Source of the DNA: a virus | Length of the DNA: 64,000 nt | Strand: one strand, 5' to 3' | Virus record (IMG/VR): IMGVR_UViG_3300012347_000286 | Span: 3,266-67,265 of that record | Shown here: positions 55,241-63,989 of the stretch, piece by piece | Numbering within the stretch: the first letter of the stretch is position 1 | How the letters are laid out: each line of letters opens with the position of its first letter | The notes under the pieces: model-generated | What the model was told of the DNA's origin: nothing | Seen by the model: only the letters and a program-made list of their open reading frames with translations | The model's database searches: none | Position numbers and translations under genes: made by a program

Positions 55241-55397
55241 GAGGTACTCCAATTACTTTACAATGCTGGTCACGAGGAAGTGTTCGTTCACATTCTTGAA
55301 TAGCTTGACGATACTTAGTGTTATCGCTCCATGGGTGATTGAACAACCATATTGCGACAATAAAGCCAATGAAGGCTGCCCAAAGTGTATCTTTCAT
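55227..55397 (-). CDS. small membrane protein (56 aa), not in the ORF track; paralog of 52586..52771
   Basis: GGAGAG RBS; shared C-terminal ECE(K/R)(S/T)LPRDQHCK motif. Confidence 0.45.
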   Translation of the reverse strand: MKDTLWAAFIGFIVAIWLFNHPWSDNTKYRQAIQECERTLPRDQHCKVIGVPHVPK

Positions 55398-55573
55398 TAC
55401 TTCTCTCCGAAGATATAAGCGCCCATTTTCTTTTCAGTCGCTTCTTTGTCTTTCATACCGCAATCAAAGCAAATTTCTTCACCATTGGGACCGTATGGTC
55501 TAGTTTCGTCAATCATCCCGCACATTTGACATGCTTGGGGAGATTCTTCTTGGATGATGCCGCGACCACTCAT
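55397..55573 (-). CDS. small zinc-ribbon protein (58 aa), not in the ORF track
   Basis: CQMCG ... CFDCG (2x CxxC); TAATG coupling downstream. Confidence 0.45.
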   Translation of the reverse strand: MSGRGIIQEESPQACQMCGMIDETRPYGPNGEEICFDCGMKDKEATEKKMGAYIFGEK

Positions 55574-55749
55574 TGCATTGAATCTTTCATCATTTTGTAG
55601 TTCAGATATGCAAGACCAAAGTCAATCACTGCACTGATGCCATCGCCTCGTTCAATGCTAACTAAACCATGGGCGCAACACCAACCAATAATAAACCATG
55701 TGATTTGAAAGTAGTTTTCACGCCACCATGCTAAAAATTTATCAATCAT
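55570..55749 (-). CDS. small TM protein (59 aa), not in the ORF track
   Basis: AAGGA RBS; hydrophobic WFIIGWCCAHGLV. Confidence 0.4.
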   Translation of the reverse strand: MIDKFLAWWRENYFQITWFIIGWCCAHGLVSIERGDGISAVIDFGLAYLNYKMMKDSMQ

Positions 55750-55853
55750 TTTTCATCCTTATTTGTATACTTGCCTGCTTTGTATCCAGTGTAGATAGCC
55801 ATTGCTATCACACTGAATATACCGAGAACTAGTAGAATCTCAATTACTATCAT
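55746..55853 (-). CDS. possible TM peptide (35 aa)
   Basis: ATGA coupling; a single hydrophobic helix. Confidence 0.3.
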   Translation of the reverse strand: MIVIEILLVLGIFSVIAMAIYTGYKAGKYTNKDEK

Positions 55854-55989
55854 TTAGTTTACTCACATCGAAACGCTTACGAAGTTTTGTTGCAAAATAA
55901 CCTTTAAGGATGACTTCATCAAACATGAAGAACAGCCCAATCAACAATGTAATCGTAATTGTAATCATAAAAAAGTCAGCAAAAAACAT
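55840..55989 (-). CDS. possible small TM protein (49 aa)
   Basis: GGGA RBS immediately after the upstream stop; hydrophobic. Confidence 0.35.
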   Translation of the reverse strand: MFFADFFMITITITLLIGLFFMFDEVILKGYFATKLRKRFDVSKLNDSN

Positions 55990-55991
55990 AA

Positions 55992-57122
55992 TTAATCCCA
56001 GCTTGATGAAGAACTTGAATCACTAGAGCTAGATGAACTAGAGCTATCCGACCAGCTTGACGAGCTAGAAGATGAACTAGAGCTATCCGACCAGCTTGAG
56101 CTTGAGGACTTGCTTGGTGTGTCATCCCAGCTTGAGCTACGCGATGGGGTGCTTGGTGCGTCATCCCATGAGCTGGAGCGTGAACTAGAACTTGCGGGCA
56201 CTTCACGTTCAACAATACGTTCACGTTCCACAACTCGGGTAGTATCGTGATGCGAACCACTCAACATGTTACCAATCAACACACCAGTCAACATATCAGT
56301 GCCACTTGAGCTAGTATGCACAACAGTCGGGGCAGGCTGACTGAAAGTGTTTGCTGATGTACGATACATTCGTGCGCTTGCTTCTGCGGCATCTGCACGA
56401 GCTTGAGCAGCCAGTCGTTCACGGCGTTCTTCTGCTTCAAGGAAGAGTCGTTGCTTTTCTGCGGCTTCTTCTTTCACACGCTTAACTGTTTTCAACTTGT
56501 CAGGATTCTCTGGGTCGAAACGTTCGTGACCATAATTCTTATGTGACTTCAATGCAGCCTCTGCCGCCAATTCAGCCTTACGTTCTGCATCTTGCTTGGC
56601 AAGCATATCCATGTGTTGACGCTTACGTTCAGCTTCACGGTCTGCACGAGCTTTTTCCTCGATTGCTTTGAGTTCGGCTTCGTATTTTTCGTCAGCTTCT
56701 TTATTCTTACGATACACGGTATAGATAATGCCACCAACTGCAAACACAAACAGTACCAAGATAATGTTGCGTACAGTATGACTTTCCTCAATGGATTCAA
56801 TCTTTGCTACTTGCGGGGTAATTGCTTGTTTCAGTTTTTGCACTGAACCTTCAGGAGCAAAGTCAAGTGTTGGGTTAAGACCTGTTGCGATTGTCAGGGC
56901 TTTGTTTGCTTTTTCTAGATTGCCTAGACCTGCTTGTGCTTGCGCCATTGCGTAGAATGCTTTGGAACTCTTTGGATGATTCTGAATAATCACCTCAAGA
57001 CCTGATGCGGCTGCGGCATAGTTCTTTTGTTGAATGAGACCTTCGATTTGTTCAAACGTTGCTTCGGCTTGTGCGGCGATTGCCATCAAACCAAACATTA
57101 CTGCGACTAGAAACTTTTTCAT
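55992..57122 (-). CDS. secreted protein: signal peptide, TPR-like N-domain, charged coiled coil, Ser-rich repetitive C-terminal tail
   Basis: MKKFLVAVMFGLMAIAAQA signal; an EAERKRQ-type coiled coil; (S)nWDD(A/T)PS repeats. Confidence 0.65.
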   Translation of the reverse strand: MKKFLVAVMFGLMAIAAQAEATFEQIEGLIQQKNYAAAASGLEVIIQNHPKSSKAFYAMAQAQAGLGNLEKANKALTIATGLNPTLDFAPEGSVQKLKQAITPQVAKIESIEESHTVRNIILVLFVFAVGGIIYTVYRKNKEADEKYEAELKAIEEKARADREAERKRQHMDMLAKQDAERKAELAAEAALKSHKNYGHERFDPENPDKLKTVKRVKEEAAEKQRLFLEAEERRERLAAQARADAAEASARMYRTSANTFSQPAPTVVHTSSSGTDMLTGVLIGNMLSGSHHDTTRVVERERIVEREVPASSSSRSSSWDDAPSTPSRSSSWDDTPSKSSSSSWSDSSSSSSSSSSWSDSSSSSSSSDSSSSSSWD

Positions 57123-57148
57123 AGTTACCTCTGTGTTAATATGTGTCT

Positions 57149-57177
57149 ATTATATAGGAAAAGCGGTTTATTGTCAA
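57149..57177 (-). promoter_or_regulatory. sigma70 promoter (minus)
   Basis: Reverse complement reads GGTTGACAATAAACCGCTTTTCCTATATAAT. Confidence 0.7.
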
Positions 57178-57203
57178 CCGCTTTTCTTTGTGCTACTTGA
57201 GTA

Positions 57204-58094
57204 TTACTTTCCCAGATTGAGCATCATGTCCTTGCCACCGTTGACCACTGTGTTGGGCATCTTACCATCCCACTTGTCAATCCATTGCAACTGTACATAT
57301 TGTGCGCCACCGTTACTTTGAATAGCTTGTGCTTGAATTTGAATAGCTTTAGCTTCACCTTCAGCTTGTGCGATACGTGACTTAGCTTCAACCTCAATAC
57401 GTTGCAAGTCTTGTTCGGCTTTCAACTTACTTTGTGTAGCAACCATCTTTGCGTCAATCGCATCTTGGTATGCTTTACCAAATCCAAAGTTGACCAAGCT
57501 GATGTTACTCACTGTGATATCGAAGGGTGCGACTTTTGTTTGTAGACGTTCCAGAATCTTACCAGACACTTCTTCACGTTTGATAATCAATTCTTCACTT
57601 GTATACTGACCAGTCACGGTCTTGAACACTTCACTGATAGCTGGTGCAAGTACTTTGTCTGCTACGTTCAATCCAAACTCTTTGTAGATAGTTGGGACCA
57701 TGTTAGGAGTCAAGCGATAGTTTACAACAATGTCAGTGTGTACTTGTTGCATATCTTTAGTACCTGCGCTTTGATTTTCAAGCTGGGCACGTTGTAACTG
57801 TACGTTTACATTCTTAACTGAACTGATTGGGTTGACAAACGTAACACCTTCAGTCAATACGTTATCTAAGTTAGTTTTACCTAGAGTAACTTGCACACCA
57901 ACGTTACCTGGGGGAACGATTGTGATTGATTCAAAAGCAATTACTGCGATAACTAGCAAGAAGGGCAATGATGCAAAGCTACGAAATGGGTACGTAGTTT
58001 CGTATCCGGTGTTCGTGCGTTTGTCAACTGACATGAAATAAAACGCGCCTGCAATTACGATTGCTACGATGAATGAGAGACCAATTAAAAACAT
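57204..58094 (-). CDS. SPFH/band-7 (prohibitin/HflK/C-like) membrane protein
   Basis: N-terminal TM helix, SPFH core, and C-terminal AEGEAKAIQIQAQA coiled coil. Confidence 0.8.
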   Translation of the reverse strand: MFLIGLSFIVAIVIAGAFYFMSVDKRTNTGYETTYPFRSFASLPFLLVIAVIAFESITIVPPGNVGVQVTLGKTNLDNVLTEGVTFVNPISSVKNVNVQLQRAQLENQSAGTKDMQQVHTDIVVNYRLTPNMVPTIYKEFGLNVADKVLAPAISEVFKTVTGQYTSEELIIKREEVSGKILERLQTKVAPFDITVSNISLVNFGFGKAYQDAIDAKMVATQSKLKAEQDLQRIEVEAKSRIAQAEGEAKAIQIQAQAIQSNGGAQYVQLQWIDKWDGKMPNTVVNGGKDMMLNLGK

Positions 58095-58178
58095 TTTGTT
58101 TCCTTAAAAAATTATCGGAGAGGGCTTATTGACATTGCCTCTACGCACACTGCGGGGGTTAACTTTTATCAGCGTTGA

Positions 58179-59234
58179 TTAAAACGCATCGTAGTAGCGG
58201 TAAGACTGTTTCTTGATTCGAGTCAAGGTCAAAGTAGTACCGTTATCTTCGAACACAAACTCACCTTTGTTTGCATCGACTTTAATCAATGCGTTAGGGT
58301 TGAACACTTTGTATTCCCAATCACCTTCTTTGTTGTCTGGTTCAGGATCAAAATCTACAGAGACACCCTTTGGTTGCAATGGGTTACCCTCGAACTTGTG
58401 ACGATACTCAATTTTCTTACCCTTGTGTACAATATCAATTTCGTACTCAGTACCTGAATCGAACTCTGGCTTAGCGTTCAACATTGCCAACGCATCTTGT
58501 GGTGATTCGTTGTAACGATTCATTTCTTCAACCAATGCTTTCAGCATGTCAAAGTTGAATTCAGCGAACAGTGAACCCACGTTAACGATAGAGTTAATAT
58601 GTTCTTTGTTGTTCAACTTGTCACCGCAGTATTCACGGATGAAGTTTGCGTCCAAACCCTTGAAGTCCATCATGTAGAAGATACGACCAGGACGATTACG
58701 CATGTGTGAATCAACACGCCACTTGTCATTACATGTCAACAAGAACAATTTCTTAGTTGGGAACACACCATCAAGCAATGTCAAGACTTTCTCTTGGTCA
58801 TCACGGTCATAAGTCTTTTCAAACTCGTCAAACAAGATAGCGCAAGGCTGGTCGATTGATTGAATGAAATTGTTGAACTTGTCACCGCACCAAGGGGCGT
58901 TAATGACGATTGTTGGGATATCCATTTCAGCCAACTTCATGCAAACGTTCTTAGTAAGCAATGTCTTACCAGAACCTTTTTCACCAGTCAACATGACACC
59001 TGTAGTCGCAGGGCGATCCAAGAATGTGTTAACGATTCGGTCAGTGTTCTTTAGTGAATCACCGTATACTTTACCGATTGGTTGGAATGACTCAATCTTT
59101 TCCAAGAACAACTCGCCGGTCATTTCATTCTTCTGAATGATGTAATTACCTGCGGGCAATTTCTCAGTAAGATCCAACGCCTCTTTCTTAGTGACGCGGT
59201 ATGTATTGCCTGATTTCAAAAAGTATGCTGACAT
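58179..59234 (-). CDS. AAA+ ATPase
   Basis: Walker A GEKGSGKT, Walker B ILFDEFE, sensor-1 TCND and Arg-finger-like RPGRI. Confidence 0.7.
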   Translation of the reverse strand: MSAYFLKSGNTYRVTKKEALDLTEKLPAGNYIIQKNEMTGELFLEKIESFQPIGKVYGDSLKNTDRIVNTFLDRPATTGVMLTGEKGSGKTLLTKNVCMKLAEMDIPTIVINAPWCGDKFNNFIQSIDQPCAILFDEFEKTYDRDDQEKVLTLLDGVFPTKKLFLLTCNDKWRVDSHMRNRPGRIFYMMDFKGLDANFIREYCGDKLNNKEHINSIVNVGSLFAEFNFDMLKALVEEMNRYNESPQDALAMLNAKPEFDSGTEYEIDIVHKGKKIEYRHKFEGNPLQPKGVSVDFDPEPDNKEGDWEYKVFNPNALIKVDANKGEFVFEDNGTTLTLTRIKKQSYRYYDAF

Positions 59235-59284
59235 AAGTTTCTCTGTGTGTTTAAATTAGAAGTGTAGTATACTACCGTTTTGAG

Positions 59285-59315
59285 TTATTGTATAGAGAAA
59301 AGGGCAAATGCCCCT
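59285..59315 (-). terminator. putative rho-independent terminator downstream of nadV (AAAGGG..CCCTTT hairpin with T-rich flanks)
   Basis: Hairpin at about 59290-59310. Confidence 0.45.
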
Positions 59316-59319
59316 TTCT

Positions 59320-60720
59320 TTATTTGCGAGAGTTTGCTCGGACTTCGTCAAAAGTGTAAGACTTTGTAAGACTACCATCTTCGTAGACAGTAACCAATGC
59401 GTCAGTCCAACCACCAATGCCTTTGTCTGACCAACCTGTTGGGGCTGATACACCAGATGCATATTCGCCACCACTGTTAGTGAACAAACGAACACGACCA
59501 CCTTTACTACGTTTGCCTGAGTCAGTGATAGGATCCTTGACTACATCGATCCATTTACCATCGACCTGGACACTTGAGCATTTCATTGCGAAACGTTGGG
59601 TGTCGCGGTCCACGATTTGCAACAACGCTCCACCCATGCCAAAAGCAATATTATCAGCACTGTACCCAAGAGCCATAAAAGCACCGAGAATCCCGCGAAT
59701 AGTAAGTTCATTTACACCATCTCCTTGAATGAGGCGAACGTTGTTCAACACTTTAAAGCCTTTAGAGTTTTTCACACTACCGAACTTCATGTCCAGAATT
59801 TGTACCAACTCTTTGTTGACTGTGATAGGATCACCTGAGTCAGGACGAATCACAACCACTGCACCACTATCAATAACTTGTTGACGCAATTCTTCACCCC
59901 AGATTTTACTGGCTGCGTTGAAAATGTCGTAGCTATCAGATACAAACGCAACGATAGAGCCGGGCTTACCGTATTGTGTTAACATGTTGCTGTAGGCTTT
60001 TGCTTCGTTTTCACGGCCCCAACTTGTTACAGTGCTGTGCTCCATTGCAGGAATGCTGTAACCGCAAACGTCAGCATCATAATACTCCATAGCGTACAGA
60101 ATACCAGTAATAGTGTCGGTACCCATAAAGTTAATGAGATGTCCCGCACCACCAATCCCAGCGCTTTCAAGAGAGCTAACGCCCCGAGCACCGAAATCGT
60201 GTAACTTAAAATCAATACCACTTGGGTCTCCTGTCTTTTCTAAGTACTCGGCAATCACTTTCTTGATTGTGTAAGATTGTGTTGCCACTGTTGTGCCATA
60301 CCACACTGCACGAAGCAATGATGTTTCAAGCCAAGTTGTCAACCAGAAACAGTTAGGGTCTGTGTTCTCAATTGTTGCAAGTACGTTCGAGACCGGAACA
60401 ACAGAGCCTTCGGGTACCGCTCTAATAACAACTGGGAGATATCCGTTGTGGTTGTCAAGAATGTACTGCCATCCTTCTCGGTTAAAGGGGACACCGTGTG
60501 CTGTGAGGATTTTGTCTGCGGTGTCAATGTCAGCTTGGGTAATTGGGCTGAGTAAGTATTCTTTGATAAAAGCCTGTAATCCGAAGAATACCGTTCTATC
60601 ATAACGGCCCCCTCGTGACTCAATGTACGAGTATACACCTGTAGTTCCTACTGGATATTGTTTGAACATTGATACTTTATAGCTATCTGTGTTCAGGATG
60701 ATGTTTTTAGCGAGTTTCAT
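59320..60720 (-). CDS. nadV: nicotinamide phosphoribosyltransferase (NAMPT / NadV)
   Basis: N-terminal NIILNTDSYKVSMFKQYP and overall length are typical of NadV (as in KVP40-type phages). Confidence 0.9.
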   Translation of the reverse strand: MKLAKNIILNTDSYKVSMFKQYPVGTTGVYSYIESRGGRYDRTVFFGLQAFIKEYLLSPITQADIDTADKILTAHGVPFNREGWQYILDNHNGYLPVVIRAVPEGSVVPVSNVLATIENTDPNCFWLTTWLETSLLRAVWYGTTVATQSYTIKKVIAEYLEKTGDPSGIDFKLHDFGARGVSSLESAGIGGAGHLINFMGTDTITGILYAMEYYDADVCGYSIPAMEHSTVTSWGRENEAKAYSNMLTQYGKPGSIVAFVSDSYDIFNAASKIWGEELRQQVIDSGAVVVIRPDSGDPITVNKELVQILDMKFGSVKNSKGFKVLNNVRLIQGDGVNELTIRGILGAFMALGYSADNIAFGMGGALLQIVDRDTQRFAMKCSSVQVDGKWIDVVKDPITDSGKRSKGGRVRLFTNSGGEYASGVSAPTGWSDKGIGGWTDALVTVYEDGSLTKSYTFDEVRANSRK

Positions 60721-60775
60721 AATAAAGTTCCTTTATTTAAGTTTTGCCTAGAGTCTATCTCTAGGACTTGTTATC

Positions 60776-60804
60776 AGTATAACACAACATTATTATTGTG
60801 TCAA
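60776..60804 (-). promoter_or_regulatory. sigma70 promoter (minus; TTGACA-17-TATACT)
   Basis: Reverse complement reads GGTTGACACAATAATAATGTTGTGTTATACT. Confidence 0.65.
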
Positions 60805-60992
60805 CCTTCTTTGGGTTCCATATCAGTTGGATCGAATACATATCCACCTTTGATTCCAAGAATAGGGTCAACCATAAAGTTTGGAACCCATTTGTCCTTC
60901 TTTCCAATCAGTGAGTAAATTGGGAGTGACTTACCGTCTACTACCATTTCACCTACTTGTTTGGTTTCGTATTTGTATTCCCACCAACCCAT
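60801..60992 (-). CDS. hypothetical protein (63 aa)
   Basis: GGGGG RBS; its stop lies within the downstream -35. Confidence 0.45.
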   Translation of the reverse strand: MGWWEYKYETKQVGEMVVDGKSLPIYSLIGKKDKWVPNFMVDPILGIKGGYVFDPTDMEPKEG

Positions 60993-60993
60993 A

Positions 60994-61455
60994 TCAGCCC
61001 CCAAATTCTACCAAAGTGACTGAGCCACCTTTTGATGCGACACCGTATGCAAATGCCTCAATCATTCCAATGATTGTTTCACTGTCGCCACCTGCAAGTC
61101 CCATACCAATGTAGGGCAAGCCGATTCGTTTGTCACCGTATGCATGAATGAGTTTTTGCAAAATCAATTCAAATGCCACGTACTCAAACACATCGGTACC
61201 TTGACTCATATTGTACTGAGTGTAAGCGTTAATAATCAGAAATGTACCCTGGTCATATTCTGTCCAGTTACCTAACTTCATGTATTCACCGCGCTCAGTC
61301 AGATTGTCAATTTCAGCACACAGAGGATATCGTTCACGAATTTCTCGTGCGATGCCACCGCCCATTGTGTTAAAGCAATTACATCCCTGCACCACAACGT
61401 CAAACTCACCTGCTTCTGCTAAGTCTAGCAGATTACCTTTTGCATGTTTTAGCAT
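60994..61455 (-). CDS. macro-domain protein (ADP-ribose binding/processing)
   Basis: VVQGCNCFNTMGGGIAREI matches the macro-domain NAANxxLxxGGGV diphosphate-binding loop. Confidence 0.75.
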   Translation of the reverse strand: MLKHAKGNLLDLAEAGEFDVVVQGCNCFNTMGGGIAREIRERYPLCAEIDNLTERGEYMKLGNWTEYDQGTFLIINAYTQYNMSQGTDVFEYVAFELILQKLIHAYGDKRIGLPYIGMGLAGGDSETIIGMIEAFAYGVASKGGSVTLVEFGG

Positions 61456-61993
61456 ACCTTTTTCCTTGAGTAAAGAATTCCCAACCGCGCAATATAACGC
61501 TAAAACTAAACAACAGTATCATATCAGTAGCAAAGTCACCAACCATCATGCTTATACCTGAATCAAGACAATCGTGAACCAACACACCATTCAAAACCCC
61601 GAATAACGCGGAAATGAGTGATAGCATCATAATGTGATAATATTTCAAGTTATCGTATGTCGCAGATAATTTAAATATCTTGTTGGTTATTAACAATGCA
61701 ATCATAGGAGCACAAGCAAACACTATGACATTCAAAACCATGATATAGATTGTACCAGTCTTATCCATAAGATAAAGTGTTCCCAAAATCACACCAGTTA
61801 AGCCATACCATCCAAATACTAGTATCATCAATAGTTTGATAAAGGATGGTATAAAGATTAAGGCTGCATGTGGATGACGTTGAACCCATGTATCATTGAA
61901 CAAGAATTCATTAAAATTATACGAAGCTACTAGTATAAGAGCTATACATAAAATTTGTAATAAACGAAGTGGATTTATGCTTGTTTTAAACAT
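61433..61993 (-). CDS. polytopic membrane protein (186 aa, about 6 TM)
   Basis: Hydrophobic segments throughout. Confidence 0.55.
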   Translation of the reverse strand: MFKTSINPLRLLQILCIALILVASYNFNEFLFNDTWVQRHPHAALIFIPSFIKLLMILVFGWYGLTGVILGTLYLMDKTGTIYIMVLNVIVFACAPMIALLITNKIFKLSATYDNLKYYHIMMLSLISALFGVLNGVLVHDCLDSGISMMVGDFATDMILLFSFSVILRGWEFFTQGKRYAKTCKR

Positions 61994-62307
61994 GCCGTGA
62001 GTTTTTCAAAATAATCAATTGTTAATTGAGTAGGTTGCACTATCTTGGATCTACCGTCTTTGGTAGACTGTTCAAGTTTGATAACTCCCTTTGTCTGCAA
62101 TGTAACAAGCCGACGTTGAATAGTTGATTCGCTGAGACCATTAGCCAAATTCGCGGCATCCAGCACAGTAACTTCCTCACTAGAGTGCCACTTAGCAGTT
62201 AGTGACAGCAATAGCCTATCTTCAACTGGATCAAGTTGGGGCCATGCTGGAGTTGCTTCCTTCACTGCCCCCATTAAATTAATAAATTTTGCGTATGATG
62301 ATATCAT
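61975..62307 (-). CDS. putative winged-helix transcriptional regulator
   Basis: AAAGGAG RBS; LANGLSESTIQRRLVTLQTKGVIK resembles a MarR-type recognition helix and wing. Confidence 0.45.
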   Translation of the reverse strand: MISSYAKFINLMGAVKEATPAWPQLDPVEDRLLLSLTAKWHSSEEVTVLDAANLANGLSESTIQRRLVTLQTKGVIKLEQSTKDGRSKIVQPTQLTIDYFEKLTACLKQA

Positions 62308-62323
62308 TATACTACTCCTTTAG

Positions 62324-63343
62324 TTATGCACCCACAGCCCACATGACCATGTCATAGTGGTCTTCGAAACATTCGTCACTGCGTACTTCTGCGATTGGTA
62401 CCCAACGTGCTTTTTCAGCGTCATCACTACCTTTCACCTTAGGCAACTCACCATCAGGCAACTGAATCTTGAAACAGTGTGTGATGATACGACCACGGGG
62501 TGAACGATCCACAGCGTCAAATACACGATTGTCAACGATGCTACCACGCAACACGGGGCCTGGTACTTTAATCATTGTTTCTTCGCGCAGTTCACGAATA
62601 GCCGCATCCAATACTGTCTTGTCGGTGTTTGCGTTGACGTAACCACCGGGCAATGCCCACAAGCCACGACCGGGTTCAGCACGGCGTTTAATCATCAACA
62701 CGTGACCCGAACAGATAACAACACTGTCAGCAGTAGAGAAGATTGGAGGGTACTTCAAGCTGGCATATTGTTTGTTGTGTTCAATCAAGAATTCACGTTC
62801 GCGGATAATCTGTTCATACTCAGGAGTATCCTTGAAAGCATCCAAGTAGACGAATGTACTTTGTGGAACCACAGCTTTAATGAAGTTCATGTTTACATCA
62901 CGTTTGAAATACAAGTCACGGATGTTAACTGCACTGAGTGGTTCAATTTCTTCCACATCAACGTATTCCCATTGGGGGAACATATCCAAGTAGAAACTTG
63001 ATTCGTCTTTTTTGTGACCGATGATGGCAGTTTTAGTGCCGAGGATGCGATAACGACTTACGATACTCTGGATGCGTACTGCCCAGGCTTGGTCATTGTA
63101 CATGGTGTCAATGTTTTCTTCGATGTGAATACTCATTGACAGACCGCCTGTAGCAGCCTTAATCATTCTAGCACGTTCGGCACTAGTGAACGGGTTTTTG
63201 TAAGTGCGGGGTTGAGCAGCCGATCCTGTGATAATCACGAGGTTGTCGGTCAATGCTGTGGCTCGCTTGATAATCTCTAAGTGAGCATTGTGGAAGGGTT
63301 GAAAGCGTCCAATGAGGACTAGTGTACCATATTCTTTTGACAT
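62324..63343 (-). CDS. nadM: bifunctional NMN adenylyltransferase / Nudix hydrolase (NadM-Nudix, NatV-like)
   Basis: GRFQPFHNAH is the (H/T)xGH nucleotidyltransferase motif. The Nudix box is GGYVNANTDKTVLDAAIRELREETMI. Confidence 0.85.
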   Translation of the reverse strand: MSKEYGTLVLIGRFQPFHNAHLEIIKRATALTDNLVIITGSAAQPRTYKNPFTSAERARMIKAATGGLSMSIHIEENIDTMYNDQAWAVRIQSIVSRYRILGTKTAIIGHKKDESSFYLDMFPQWEYVDVEEIEPLSAVNIRDLYFKRDVNMNFIKAVVPQSTFVYLDAFKDTPEYEQIIREREFLIEHNKQYASLKYPPIFSTADSVVICSGHVLMIKRRAEPGRGLWALPGGYVNANTDKTVLDAAIRELREETMIKVPGPVLRGSIVDNRVFDAVDRSPRGRIITHCFKIQLPDGELPKVKGSDDAEKARWVPIAEVRSDECFEDHYDMVMWAVGA

Positions 63344-63405
63344 TGAAAAATCCTTTCAATAAATGTCTGCTCGGCGTCTATCGCTCTGCTTCTTTATTTA
63401 TACTT

Positions 63406-63434
63406 AGTATAACACCGTTTGTATTATTTGTCAA
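63406..63434 (-). promoter_or_regulatory. sigma70 promoter (minus; TTGACA-17-TATACT)
   Basis: Reverse complement reads GGTTGACAAATAATACAAACGGTGTTATACT. Confidence 0.65.
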
Positions 63435-63651
63435 CCTTTTTTGCCCATTTGCTGTCTGGATAGGGGAAAAATTCTGTCTCAATTACAAAGAATTTGTGTC
63501 TACCTTTTGGGTTCTCTTGGTTGTACTCTTTTTGAGCAAAGTCTCGGTAAAAATCAGCATCCTCTTTTCGCTGGAACCCACGACTGTCAACTTTCCATGT
63601 TACTTTTTTAGCACAGTGGCTAAGGGTATTTGTACGCATTACTAGAAACAT
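63424..63651 (-). CDS. hypothetical protein (75 aa)
   Basis: AAGGA RBS before the internal ATG; the track start is GTG. Confidence 0.45.
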   Translation of the reverse strand: MFLVMRTNTLSHCAKKVTWKVDSRGFQRKEDADFYRDFAQKEYNQENPKGRHKFFVIETEFFPYPDSKWAKKVDK

Positions 63652-63659
63652 ATCAGTCC

Positions 63660-63989
63660 TTACCACCCAATATGAATGCCGTAGTTTTGAATTGTAGGTC
63701 CGTTGCCGTTGTCGTCTGCTAGACCTCGTGGCACATAAGATTGCCCGTCTAACTTAATCTCAACACGATATCCCAATTCTTTGAGTTTCCATTCTACAGC
63801 CTTTTGTAAAGGTGTAATTGTGCTCTGTAGGTACTCAAACTGCCGCACACTACCCATATCGATAAACACATGACGCTTGCCGCCTTCGGCAGCTTCTTTC
63901 ACTTTTTTCTCAACGCTGTGTTTCAAGTAGTCAGCAACTTCTTGCCCACTTTGGTCATACAGTTCTTTGGCTTCTTTTGCGGTAATCAT
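63660..63989 (-). CDS. hypothetical protein (109 aa)
   Basis: GGGA RBS; track ORF. Confidence 0.55.
   Translation of the reverse strand: MITAKEAKELYDQSGQEVADYLKHSVEKKVKEAAEGGKRHVFIDMGSVRQFEYLQSTITPLQKAVEWKLKELGYRVEIKLDGQSYVPRGLADDNGNGPTIQNYGIHIGW

Noticed and set aside
59256-59501. 81-aa minus-strand ORF overlapping the 3' end of nadV
   Set aside because: It overlaps NadV by more than 180 nt in another frame. The intergenic part is a terminator hairpin.
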